A stretch of 64,000 nt of DNA from Eledone cirrhosa (Eukaryota). The position numbers were made by a program, and so were the translations under genes. This document shows positions 38,669 to 51,275 of the stretch, in pieces; positions within the stretch are counted from its first letter, which is position 1; every line of letters begins with the position of its first letter. The DNA lies in contig OZ024754.1 of assembly GCA_964016885.1 (NCBI GenBank), forward strand, positions 41,044,001-41,108,000. Direction: 5' to 3'. The notes under the pieces were generated by a model. It was given only the letters and a program-made list of their open reading frames with translations, was not told where the DNA came from and did not search any database.

Positions 38669-39415
38669 TAATTGTCTTATGTTGTTTATTACATAATTAT
38701 ATATATATATCGTGTGTAAATACATTTAACATCCCATTCCGTCCACTGTGTCGATGACACAACAGCCCACACTGAAAGGTGGCCGTGTAGGAGACACGGT
38801 AAAAAGGCTCCCAGTCCAGACTGTAAATGTGCTTGGTGTTAGGAAGGGCATCCAGCTGTAAAAAACCTGCTAGAGATGCTTCCGTGCAAGCGAGGCACGG
38901 TCTCCAGACCATTCCTGCATCAAATGGAACAAAACCATCTAATCCATTCTAGCATGGAAGATGGACGTTAAACGATGATGATGATGATGATGACATATAT
39001 ATATAGTGTTTAGAAATGTAGACACAGACAGTTCCCCTCATCAGTTGTCTGTTGTGGGTCTCAGATGTTTCGAAATATCTGAGACCCACAACAGACAACT
39101 GATGAGGGGAACTGTCTTATGTTTCGGTTTCCTTTACATTTCTAAACACTCGTTATTAGTAACCACACACTACCTTGTCCCCTTCAATTCATACACATAT
39201 GTATAGTCTGTGGTGCTGAGACTAAGGAGACCACTAATCATGGGAGTACCGAATGCATGGGGGATGTAGAGTGGGTATAGAGATATGTAAAATCCTGACC
39301 GTAGTGCCAAGCTTGTGTGTTGAGCAAGCCTTTTCAAAGGATGTTTTCACCCTTGAAAAGGTTTGCTGAACACACAAACTGAAACCCCTTGGCATTACGG
39401 TCAGGATTTTACATA

Positions 39416-39450
<35 letters not shown>

Positions 39451-39984
39451 GTTTTTTTGTATTCTTCAATAAACAAAACTCATTATTTTTGAAGACGGCG
39501 AGTAGTGAAGAAGTATGTATATTTTCTTACTATGATAATCTGTAATATATTTTACATAGATCAATAATTGAATGAACATACGAGGAACTACCCCCCAGAA
39601 ACGATCGTAAAATAATGAGTTTTACTATGAATTAACCGTTTTTTGTTTAATTTCATTGTTTTCACTATTTGTATATATATATATATATACATAACAGCAT
39701 GCTCTCATTTGATTCTGTCTATCAAATTCTCTCACTAGATATTGGTGTGTATATATATATACATACATGACAGCATGCTCGCAGTTGTTTCTGTCCATAA
39801 TAATCTCTCACAAGATATTGGTGTGTATATATATATATACATACATGACAGCATGCTCGCAGTTGTTTCTGTTTATCAAATTCTCTCACTAGATATTGGT
39901 CAGCCTAAAGCTATTGTAGAAATCCTGTACAACAGATAAAAAGGCAAGAAAAATAAAACACAACAAAACAATTATATAACAAAC

Positions 39985-40418
39985 CTGTTGTAGTTTTTCT
40001 TTATCATATTTAACTTCAAGACTTTTGTCTTTGACTGCCTCAGGATTTGATTCCAATATTCTGCTGAGTTTATGTTTCTGAATTTCTTTGTCTGTTTTAC
40101 CTTTTGCAAGAATTGCATGTTTCTTTCCAACAGGTATCTGAGTACGTTCTAAAATTCTTGAAATAGCATCAGCAAAACCGATAACTTCTTCTTCCTCATC
40201 ACCATCCTTTTGTGTTTTAGAAATAGTTTTCTTGGTTTTTGTTTTTGTATTCTTCTTCTTTTTACTTGGAGTATTTTCCTCTTCATTTGAATCCGAATCA
40301 TCCTCAAAGTTTTCCAGTGAAGGTTTCTTCTTCTTCTTTACAATTTTCTCTGCTTCAACTTCAGAATCTTCATCACTTGCATCTTCTCCATCACTTTCAC
40401 TAAACACATATTCTATTT
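39985..40418 (-). CDS. RRP15: RRP15 exon (acidic/basic N-terminus)
   Basis: ...GFADAISRILERTQIP...ILAK matches RRP15 GWADAMAKVL...ILVK; acceptor position slightly uncertain. Confidence 0.88.
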
Positions 40419-41199
40419 CTACAAATGAAATCAAAGAAGTATTATTAAGTGACAATTTAAAAATGAATAATTTTCTAGAAAGAAAGGTAAGAACACTTTC
40501 ACCTGAAGTGGTTCCAATTAATGTCACAAATCAGGTTCATGGACCACACAACATAAACATGAAGCAGTTTATAAATTTTAAATTCAAATCTAATTTCAAA
40601 GAGGAGACCAGAACAATTATTTTCTCTGAGAGTTCCTTATAATCTGATGAAGAGAATTTTATGCCCTGAAATATTAAGACAAAAGACCTCCACCCCCCAC
40701 AACTCACCTTTTCATTGCCTTCATCTGACCGTCCATTTTGTTTTGTTTAGCTTTATTTCATATATCCCTTTCCACATTGAATAATACCAGATTTATATAT
40801 AACAGGCTTCCACACAGGTTTTGCCCATCAAGTTTCACTCCCAAAGTATTGATCAACCTGGTTATTGGAGAAGTCACTAGCTGAATGTGTTGTGTGGTGG
40901 GATCAAACTTGGAACTGTGTGGTTAAGAAACCATTATTATCATCATGATTTAACATCTATTTTCACTGCTAGTAAGAGTTGGACAGGTTTTCATAGATCA
41001 ATCATCTCTCAAGCAGAGCTACTGACCTCTCAGATGGGCAGAGGCCAGCATCTTGCTTACATATATTCCCGTGCTTGATACCAAGTGTATTTTATCGTGG
41101 TAGGTGCCACCACTAGAATCTATTTTAAATGTTTTTTTTATAACATTTTTAAAAAGATTTGTTTAATTTTTATCAAATATTAATTGAAAAATTAAATAC

Positions 41200-41269
41200 C
41201 AGATTCCATTTCATCTTCAGTACTGTCAGTTTTCACTGCTGTCTGCTCGGTTTGTTTTCTTTTAACCAT
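41200..41269 (-). CDS. RRP15: RRP15 first coding exon
   Basis: MVKRKQTEQTAVKTDSTEDEMES; acceptor 41273-72, phase-1 donor; total CDS 882 nt. Confidence 0.75.
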
Positions 41270-42377
41270 TCCTGTAAAACAATATATTTATTAGCAAATA
41301 GATTTCCTTGGAAAGTATCTATATGTAGGTACATATAAACACACACACCACATAAAAAAAAATGTGGCCGTGTAGGTAACACGGTAAAAAGTTCCCAGTT
41401 CCACACTGTAAATGTGGTTGGTGTTAGGAAGGGCATCCAGCCGTAGAAAACCTGCCAGATAGTCCTATATGAGCGAGACACGGTCACCCGACCAACCTTG
41501 CCTCAAGTGGGACAACTCCCGTCTAACCCATGCTAGCGTGGAAGATGGACGTTAAACGATGATGATGATATACGTATATAAGAGGGGGCTTCAAAAAGTA
41601 CATAGCTAAAAATCATATGTAAGAATGTTGATCTCATTTCACCTGTACGTTCTCGTACTAACAAGTCATAACATGTTCTAACATGAACCCTTAAATGCAT
41701 GTTTCAACGCAGCGCCGTCAGTCAGAACCCAACCAAACAGCAAATTCGTGGTGAAGCTCTCTCTCTATATATATATATGTTTATCCCGGGTTCAATCGGG
41801 GGTAAGCACAGTAAGTAAGGAACTCAATACATAGCAGAGTATACATATTTAATATAGAAATGGCTTCTACAGGACTAGAACTATTTAATTCGGGAGAAAT
41901 CTCTCTCTCTATATATATATATTTATATGTGTGTGTGTTGTTGCCGGACATAAGAATAATTACTAAATACAGAAGTAGAGTTTAAATATTCTTTGTTATG
42001 GCTAAGTGATGAAATTTGTTACTGTGGAGCTTCGCTTGTGAACTCAGATCCTGTGAGGGTCTTACTAACATGACCGGTATATTGCTCGAGACACTGCGAT
42101 CTATTTTACATAGAGCAACAGATATTCATGAGAAAATATAATGAAAGGTTGGAACTTTCATTATTCAGTTCTAAATTCTAACACAATTATAACAATTCCG
42201 CTTATCTAAACATATAATGTACAAAAAAACAATATTTACAGAATTTCTGAAATCAACAAAAGTATAAATGTGATTGAAATTATCTAAAATATGATTAATG
42301 TAACTAATAAAAATAGAATAAAGCAAATATCAATCCATAAAAGATGTAATTTGATATTTTAAAGTGAAAAAACTTAC

Positions 42378-42620
42378 TATATGTTTTGATGTCAGTGAAC
42401 ACGCATGTGGCTGACCGGTGTTAGATAAAATTAGTACGCCATGAATATTCGTCTAGAGGTTAAAAAAAATGTATATTTGTATAGTTAAATATTTATACAC
42501 ATATACACAAACGTTTAATAAATAAAGGCGAAAAGTGTTAGATATAGATTAATAATAAATGGCTAGATTTAATATAAAGAGAATAATTAAGTAGATATTA
42601 AAGTATTTTACAGGAAGTGG
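42378..42620. promoter_or_regulatory. Putative RRP15/DCAF4 bidirectional promoter with RRP15 5' UTR exon
   Basis: Minus-strand gtaagt donor at 42377; CACATG E-box-like site about 42404-42409; CAGGAAGTG ETS site 42611-42619. Confidence 0.5.
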
Positions 42621-42763
42621 GTTATTTCCAGGTGTTGCGAAGCTCTTTAGTTTTAGGAAAGAAGAAAAGTGAAACCTCGAATAATGAGGGACGCCTTTTC
42701 TTCAGTAAGACATCTATATACTTAAATACTTGTGTAAAGTTTAATTACATATTAGTATTAAAC

Positions 42764-43226
42764 ATGTCTGATTTTCGAGGAAGGAAAAAGGGGAAAAATA
42801 AAAATAAATGTTCGCATTCTTCAAGTATGTCGTCAAATTATGACACAGCTTCTAGTGGTCCCCATGCTTCCACTGGCCCCCATGCTTCTGGTGGTCTGCA
42901 TGTTTCTAGTGGTCCACAGACTTCTACTTTATCACCGAGTCCTTCCACTTCTAGAACTACTCATAACGACAACACGAACATGCACAAGTTTGGAAGTAAG
43001 AACCCGAAAAATGGTCCTCACTGCAGTTCGCCAAGTGACACTGAAATGTCGTGTAAATATTTCTCGAAAGGCAGAAAACGAAAGTTTCCTCCAAATAAAA
43101 AACATTGGAAATCATATTTTAATAATAACAGACATAAGAATGGATTCGGCCAAAGGAATCGCACAGATGAAAACCCTTCAACATCTCATGGCTCATCTTC
43201 CGAAATAAGTGACCACAGAACACTCG
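42764..43226 (+). CDS. DCAF4: DCAF4 (WDR21) exon 1
   Basis: ATG 42764, low-complexity S/K/N-rich N-terminus; ends at U12 donor ATATCCTTT. Confidence 0.8.
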
Positions 43227-43680
43227 ATATCCTTTTCTTCATTTCTTCTTTAAATTTGTCCAATTATTAAAATTCATTGACTTTCAGCGATCTGTCAAAA
43301 TATTTGGTTTTTTTTAATGGTTTTTCTCTCTCTCTTTATTTCTTAATACAGGAAATGTGGATTGTTCGAAATAATTATGTTATGTTTAATTATTTAATCA
43401 TCGTTAAAAAAAATATAGAATTAATTAAGAAAATATCCAAGTTGTTATTCCAAGATAATGTTTATTAAATCTGTAACGTTTCTCCTCTCTTTTTGACATC
43501 TGTATTTTGTGAGACAAATTGATGGATTTCCTCATATTTGTATTTGAAAGTCTTATTACACAAACATAGTGGACAATATCAACAAAAATGTGTCAGAAAA
43601 AAAAATCTAACGGCGTAGATTGGATGTTTTTTTTTTTTTATCATTGCACCAACACGGCCATTTACAGGGTGAACTGGGTG

Positions 43681-43743
<63 letters not shown>

Positions 43744-44180
43744 ATGGTTAGAGCGCTGGGTTTGCAATCGTGATGTTGTTGGTTCGATTCTGAGCCCGAG
43801 TGATGAGTTGTGTCCTTGAGCAAGACACTATGAAATAAAACCGCCCATTTTAAATATTTCCAATTTAAATTAAAGTCTTCCAACATAATTTTATATAAGA
43901 ACCTTACACTAAGTTACTATCTAAGTAATGAAATAATTAATAATTCTAGTACATCCCTCAAAATTAATTAAAATAGTGTGTATTACATTAGACATATGGT
44001 CATGAAATAGTTAATAATGATCTGTCTCAGTTTACCAAAGGTTGTCTTTAATATCGTGTTGATTTCCACTAAACCATTATAATCACTAATTGAGGATGCT
44101 TCACCTAGTAGATATTCAAATAAACATTCCATTGTTGAGTTTTATTCTGCTTTCATTATTGATCCTTAACAGACTGCTAC
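43227..44180 (+). other. DCAF4: U12-type AT-AC minor-spliceosome intron
   Basis: 5' ATATCCTTT, branch site TCCTTAAC 44163-44170, terminal AC 44179-44180; splicing gives TLELAGYYYD in frame. Confidence 0.9.
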
Positions 44181-44665
44181 AACTTGCAGGATATTATTAT
44201 GATTCAGAGCATAAGAAATACTTCAAAGTCCTACCTGGTCATAATAACTTCAATGTCATTTCTCGGGCGAAAATAATTGAAAAAGAAACCGAAGAACAGC
44301 GTCAGAAAGATTTGGTCAAAATGAGTGATGGTGGTTTGTGTTTACCGAAGGACACTCACTGCAAGAGCAATATCACATTATGGTTGGAAGAAATTAAAAT
44401 AGGTTCTGTAAATAAAACACAACTTGGACATTTCCACCTAAGAAAAAATATAGCAGGATTGAAACCTTTCTGGCATGAGAAAGTATTCCCTAGTGAATTT
44501 GGTCCTTATGAACAGTTAAAACATTGTTTGCAGCTTTTAGTGAGCCCGTTATGCAATGACATTATTGGCTCATGGACTGTACAAAAGTTCCTTAAACAGC
44601 GTTTACAACTGATACACATTAAAAAACGAACACCTATTAAAGAAAACAACACAATTCCGATAGAG
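44181..44665 (+). CDS. DCAF4: DCAF4 exon 2
   Basis: ELAGYYYDSEHKKYFKVLPGHNNFN matches DCAF4 ELPGFYFDPEKKRYFRLLPGHNNCN. Confidence 0.92.
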
Positions 44666-44841
44666 GTAGGCCCTAAATATTGAACCTTTTTATTCTATAT
44701 ATTTGCTTTTGATATCAAATATTCCAAATTATCAACTTAGCTGTACTTATAGTTTTTCTTTTCTTTTTTTTGAAGCATGCTCATTTCATTCATCTCTAAT
44801 ATTAATTTTATTGATTTTTTTTTTTGTATCTTATACCTTAG

Positions 44842-45201
44842 ATTGATCCCTTTGGAACTTCAATACTGCATTCCTGGGGACAAGTGAGCAGCTGTTGTTG
44901 GGCCCCATTTTCAGACAATCCAGATGAACGTTGGGTTCTTTACACAACTAGCAGTGCATTTGGCCTTTTAGATAATTTTGCATTAATTCGAAATTTCAAA
45001 CCAAGTTATGGAGAAAATTTCTATATTGCTGACTACAATTTGGGTAAAACATTTTCGTGGACATGTGCTTGGAACCAAAATACGAAACAGTTTAGTGTTG
45101 GAGCTGAGAAAACAGCTTATCTCATAGATGTGGAAACAAAGAAGAAATGGGAATTAAATTCCCTTATGAGTGATGTTTTATCTCAAGTATTTACTCAACA
45201 G
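44842..45201 (+). CDS. DCAF4: DCAF4 exon 3
   Basis: ...SSCCWA...WTCAWN...SDVLSQVFTQQ; 360 nt phase 0-0. Confidence 0.9.
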
Positions 45202-45511
45202 GTAATTTGTATCTTCAGTATTATAGTACTTAGACCATCATCATCAGTGCCCTGTCATTAAAATACCCAGAAATTTTATGAGATTGAGATCCAATTTCAC
45301 AGAAGGTAAACTAAATTTGCATAGGTTTTAGCTACAAATTTCTTCTTTTTTTCATATACACTTACACACAAAACTCATACACACACACACTCACAAACGT
45401 GTGTACACACATAAACACTCACACAGACAAACACACATATAGAGAGAGAGTTTGATTTATCTGTTGGTTACATTTCCAATTTAATGGTTGTATTTATTTC
45501 TCTTTCTCCAG

Positions 45512-45679
45512 TCAGACTCCAGCCTGATTCATGGAACACGCCAAGGGGACATTTTGGTTAATGACCTCAGAACTCAAAGCTCCAAGCATGCTGCTGTGAT
45601 GGAACAACACTATCCTGTCTGTTCTCTGAATTCAGTACAGAATGGTTATCATGTGCTAGCCGGGGATTTCAAAGGACAG
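45512..45679 (+). CDS. DCAF4: DCAF4 exon 4
   Basis: LIHGTRQGDILVNDLR...VLAGDFKGQ, WD40. Confidence 0.9.
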
Positions 45680-46955
45680 GTAAGTTTACATTCACATATA
45701 AACACCTTCGTTCACAAACCACCCTGCATCCTAGTTTAGCTAGAAACATCATCATCATCACTATTTAACACCTGCTTTCCCTGCTAGCATAAGTTGGACA
45801 GGTCTCCACTAAAGTGAGGCTACTGACCTCCAGACAGGCAGGGTTGGTCTGCGTCTCCCTTGCATACGGTCCCACATTTTGTCAAGTGCATTTTATCGTG
45901 GCACAAGCACTAGGGAGATTGTCTTGTCTTTGACACAACTGAAGGGTCCACTAAACCCTTTGTTTAGGAAGCTTTCTGTGGCTGGATGCCCTTCCTATCA
46001 CCAACTACTTTACAGTGTGTACTGGGAGTGTTTATCATGTAGATCAACACCAGGGAGGTTGTGATGCCCTTGACAAAATCTAAGGGTCTTTCCAGACCCT
46101 TTCTTTGGCGAGCTTTCTTTATTCATGAGGGGGGGGGTGTCTATTTTTATCTTCCTGGTAGCCATGGCGAAAGAGGTTGTATGGTGAATGTGTTAGAAAA
46201 GGTTGAAGACAAGCACCTTCCTCTTTGGTGAAACCCTGATAAATTCTATCAAGTTTCACTTGAAGAGGAAAATGAGGGTGGAGAGGGAAGTTGTACCTTC
46301 CAACCAGTTTGTTGAAAGGCGGGGGAGAGTAGTGAGCATGGCTTGAGTGAATGGGCTGAGTATGTGCCTGTAGACAGGACAACTGGATGGGGACACTTGC
46401 TCTGGAGGTCAGAGTGGCCATGGCTTTTTGTGGGCTTTCTACACAAGTAGAAATTTTTACATCTTTTCCTTGTTTTTGTTAAAAACTTTTTACACACCAA
46501 AACCCACACTGTGCTGTCCTGGGCCATCTTTGATGTTTTCATGTTAAACACTGTATGGCTAATAAAGAAATTATTATGAATTGGCATAATCGGTAGAGCA
46601 TCTGACAACATTCTTCGCGGCTTAGTTATGTCCCTTTGCGTTCTGAGTTCAAATCTCGCCGAAGTTAGCTTTGCCTTTCATCTTTACGATGTTGATAAAA
46701 TAAAGTACAAGTAATGTACTGGGGTTGGTTTAATTGACTTTCCCCTCTCCCAAAATTGCTGGCCTTGTGCCTAAATTAGAAACCATTATTATGAAAGCAG
46801 TGAGGTAGAACACCAGACTAAATAGTTTTAGTTGTCCCCTGTTTTCTGAGTTCAAAATTCCATCAGAGTTGGTTTTGTTGTTTTAGTTATTCAATAATGT
46901 TTCCAAAGAAATAAATATTGTGGTTTTCTTTTTTTTTTTAATGTTTTTTCTACAG

Positions 46956-47070
46956 ATCAAATTATGGGACATCCGTATGAAAGAGGTTTTGTATGAGTAC
47001 GTTGGTCATGTCAATAAACACTGTCATTTACCTGTTCATGTTGATCACTCAGAACGGTTCTTTTATGCAG
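46956..47070 (+). CDS. DCAF4: DCAF4 exon 5 (WDxR motif)
   Basis: IKLWDIRMKEVLYEYVGHVNKHCHLP matches [26 protein letters not shown]. Confidence 0.93.
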
Positions 47071-47223
47071 GTAACTCAGATTTTATTTTTTAGAATTTCA
47101 AACAGTAAATCAATTCACAGTTGTATCAATAACATTACGAATATTGATGGAAATATGAAAGAAAAAGTGACGGCGATGAATTTGTTTTGCAAGGTTTTTG
47201 AAATCGTGTGTTGAAACATATAT

Positions 47224-47383
47224 TGTTATATTTGGGGAGGGTCATATTGTTATAATATTACCAGAAATATATAATAAAACACACTGTTTGGTTCAGATTG
47301 GTTTTTGCTTCTGTATATTTTATATCTCCATAGTTAATTTAGTTGGCAATCACTGTTTGTCATTGATTGACCAACAGTTAAAA

Positions 47384-47414
<31 letters not shown>

Positions 47415-47728
47415 GTCTAGCAAAGTTCTTTTATCACACACTTGTGACATCATCAGTGGTACTATTATGTTAACAGGAGGAAACATAATAGTACCACTGA
47501 TGATGTCACAGATATGTGATGAAAGAACTTTGATAGACTATATATATATTTATATATATCTATATTTTTAACTGTTGGTCAATCAATGATAAACAGTGAT
47601 TGCCAACTAAATTAACTATGGAGATATAAAATATACAGAAGCAAAAACCAATCCGAACCAAACAGTGAGTGTGTTTTATTATTATTTCTGGTAATATTAT
47701 AACAATATGACCCTCCCCAAATATAACA
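47224..47728. repeat. Long fold-back inverted repeat (about 248-bp arms, 10-nt loop)
   Basis: Arms 47224-47471 and 47482-47728 are near-perfect reverse complements. Confidence 0.92.
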
Positions 47729-47809
47729 GTGAAAGAAAAAGATAATAGAAAAAAAAAATGAAAACTGTAAATGAAAACTAACTAACTCCCAATTCTATTT
47801 ATATTTCAG

Positions 47810-48012
47810 TGGGCCAAGACTGCTACTCAAGGTTTTGGGACATGAAGACTGGTATAATGCTCAAAAGCATACCACCACCTCATCGGTGTTCTCTGGACTT
47901 TATTCCTGCCATTCACTATTCAGACCATTGGGCTGGTCTCCATGGGAATTCAGCGATGCTAATGGCAATCAAAGACGAATTTCACTTATATGCATGTAAT
48001 ATATCAGAATGA
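47810..48012 (+). CDS. DCAF4: DCAF4 last exon
   Basis: VGQDCYSRFWDMKTGIMLKSIPPP... matches VGQDCYTRIWSL; TGA 48010-12. Confidence 0.93.
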
Positions 48013-48894
48013 TTTATATTTTTCTATTCATTTAAAGCAGAAAAGTAAAAAAAAAAGAGAAAAAGAAAATCCTGAATACTTAGGGAAATAAATCTTCAAT
48101 TTTATTTTGTTGTTTTATTAATTTTATAAAATTATTGTTGTTGTTGGATCAATATTGGCTGTGATGACGAGAGTTCAGTTGTTTGATTGACAGAACAACC
48201 TGCTCCTGAAATTGATGTGTGCTGTAAAGTGATTGTGTAGGAGACATGGTAAGAAGGCTCCCAGTCCACACTGTAAACGTGGTTGGTGTTAGGAAGGGCA
48301 TCTAGTCGTAGAAAACCTGCCAGATACAGTCCTATATGAGTGAGACACAGTCACCCGACCAATCTTGCCTCAAGCGGGACAATTCCGTCCAACCCATAGC
48401 TAGCGTGGAAGATGGACGTTAAACGATGATGATGACGATGAAGGCATTGGGTTGCTCCGAGGATATGGTAAATGACACTTGTTGAAGATTTCACACAGCA
48501 GGACATGATTGTAAAGTGAATTTCTAAACCATTCAGTCACTCCTGTAGACATCTGAATGGATACAAAGTCCACTTTAAAATGAGGATGTCCTGGAGTTTG
48601 GCTCCGCTGTGTGACATCTTCAGTAAGTGTCAAATATCTCACATGGAGCACAAAACAAACAGCTTTCTTTGTCAGGCAGAGAGGAACCCCTTCTTGCAAT
48701 GGTGAATAGGTGGAAGTTTGCCTGGTGTAATCATTGGTCATATATCCCACCACAACTTGTCTAAAACCATTCTTCAGGGTACAGTTGAGGGAGGGTGAAG
48801 GAAGAGGCAGACAAAGAAACTCCTGGTCTGATATCAATGACTGGACTTGTTACAACACCGAGACCCTTCTATGTATGACAGAGACCAGTGGTGA

Positions 48895-49482
48895 TGTCTA
48901 GAGTGGCACCCCAACGACTGGCTGCACCAGTAGCACCCCAACGACTGGCAGCACCAGTGGCACCCCAACGACTGGCTGCACCAGTAGCACCCCAACGACT
49001 GGCTGCACCAGTAGCACCCCAACGACTGGCTGTACCAGTGGCACCCCAACGACTGGCTGCACCAGTGGTGCCCCAACAACTGGCTGTACCTGTGGTACCC
49101 CAACGACTGGCTGTACCAGTGGCACCCCAACGACTGGCTGCACCAGTGGTGCCCCAACAACTGGCTGTACCTGTGGTACCCCAACGACTGGCTGTACCTG
49201 TGGCACCCCAACGACTGGCTGCACCAGTGGCACCCCAACGACTGGCTGTACCTGTGGCACCCCAACGACTGGCAGCACCAGTGGCACATCTAGAGTGGCA
49301 CCCCAACAACTGGCAGCACCAGTGGCACCCCAACGACTGGCTGCACCAGTGGCACCCCAACGACTGGCTGTACCTGTGGCACCCCAACGACTGGCAGCAC
49401 CAGTGGCACATCTAGAGTGGCACCCCAACAACTGGCAGCACCAGTGGCACCCCAACGACTGGCTGTACCAGTGACACATCTA
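48895..49482. repeat. GC-rich 27-bp minisatellite (gtggcaccccaacgactggctgcacca)
   Basis: 9-aa periodic ORFs, with larger duplicated blocks bounded by tctaga. Confidence 0.9.
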
Positions 49483-50032
49483 GTTGCGAAATATAATTTA
49501 CCTGATAAAGAATAAAGTAAAACTACATCTTCAAATTTTGTATTATGTTTTACTGTGGAGATTTTTGTCTTGCAGGGTGAGGGTTTTGGTACTGGGGAGG
49601 GCATTGTCATGGCCCCCACATATATATATATCTATATAAAGTGGTCATGTAGGTGACATGACAAAAGGTAGGTGTCAACAAAAAGCACCCCGTACTTACT
49701 GTAAAGTGGTTGTGTGGGTGACACGACAAAAAGCGCCCAGTACACACTGTAGAGTGGCTGTGTAGGTGTAACGACAAAAAACAAAAAACACCGAGTCCAC
49801 ACAGTAAATGTGGTTGTGTAGGCATCACGACAAAAAAGCACCCCGTACTTACTTAAAATGTGGTTGGTGTAAGGAAGGGCATCCAGCTGTAGAAACAAGG
49901 TCAAAATCAGTCCTGTATAAGTAAGACATGGTTACCTGTTCTGGCATTGTCCACAATAGGACAACTTTTCTAACCCATGCTAGTATGGAAGAATGGCCGT
50001 TAAATGGTGATATATATATATATATTTGTTTT

Positions 50033-50270
50033 GTCCTGAGGGCATCAACATACGTTAACCTTGGTCTTCCTCTTCTAGTGTGTCCATGTAGGGGCACCCA
50101 AAGGAGCACTGAGTGCAATGTCAACTCTGGATGTCGGTGTATGTTGATGCCCTAAGGACAGACACTGGTCTGTTGGAGACGCAGGACATGGCAGCGATAA
50201 TGAGGGACAGAGACCGCTGGAGAGAACTCGTCCATGGATCTCGGGAATTTTACCCGCCTTAGAATAGAAT
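50033..50270. mobile_element. RTE LINE 3' end with 5' inversion
   Basis: Minus: HPELTLHSVLLWVPLHGHTRRGRPRLTYVDALRT; plus from 50140: YVDALRTDTGLLETQDMAAIMRDRDRWRELV...*. Confidence 0.8.
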
Positions 50271-50805
50271 ATGTTTTGTGTTGAGAATTTCCGTAAAGGA
50301 AAGAAGAGTGCTCCATGTGTAGTACAGAGCTATTTCATTATATAATAAACAACACAATATAATTATTCCATTACTAAAGGTTTCATGAAGTTAGACGATT
50401 CTAACACAGACGTCTAAGTTTGTTCATCAGAATATTTATTACATAATTAAATATATATATATATGTCTGAATATTCTATTTTCAGTAAATTATGTGTACC
50501 TATTTATTTTATAAACATGGAGTTATATAATGTGTACCAGTAATATATTGGTGTTAAATCAATATCCTATATTTCTATCTCCCCCATCAAAGATTAGCCT
50601 GTAACAGAGCATCTTAGAAACTAAATAGAATATAACAAATTATAGCAAACCAAATATTTATTTCTAATTATCTGGTAATCTCTCTCTCTGTCTCTCTCTG
50701 TCTCTCTCTCTCTCTCTTTCTCTGTTTGTCTCTTTTTCTCTATCTCTCCCTCTGTTTCTGTCTCTCTCTGCTCTGTATATATATATATTTATATCTGTCT
50801 GTTTG

Positions 50806-50838
<33 letters not shown>

Positions 50839-50885
50839 TTATTTATATATATATATTTATATCTGTCTCTTTGTTTCTCTCTCTC

Positions 50886-50931
<46 letters not shown>

Positions 50932-50955
50932 TCTGTTTGTTTCTCTCTCTCTCTG

Positions 50956-50988
<33 letters not shown>

Positions 50989-51215
50989 ACACACACAGAT
51001 AGATGGTGGTAGTGATGGTGCCATGAAAAAAATGCTCTCAGTCAATGCTGTGAAATGTTTGGCGTTAGGCAGGGATTCCAGCTGTAGAAAAGTATGCCAA
51101 TATTGGTGAATACGAACATGACGTGGTCACCTGACCTGTTTAACCCCATGACATGACAATATGTCTAACTTATGCAGGCAGGGTAAATAAACCTTAAATC
51201 GAACTGTGATTAAAT

Positions 51216-51275
<60 letters not shown>

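Noticed and set aside
40636-40680. CTGATGA...GAAA hammerhead-like motif
   Set aside because: Stems I and II pair poorly; chance or too decayed to support.
43352-43380. Possible extra DCAF4 exon after a strong polypyrimidine/CAG
   Set aside because: In-frame stop or no good donor; the AT-AC intron explains the frame without it.
48888-49479. VAPQRLAAP repeat protein, and the coincidence of three 27-bp arrays in the window
   Set aside because: No splice context, adjoins LINE debris; the three 27-mers show no clear sequence relationship.
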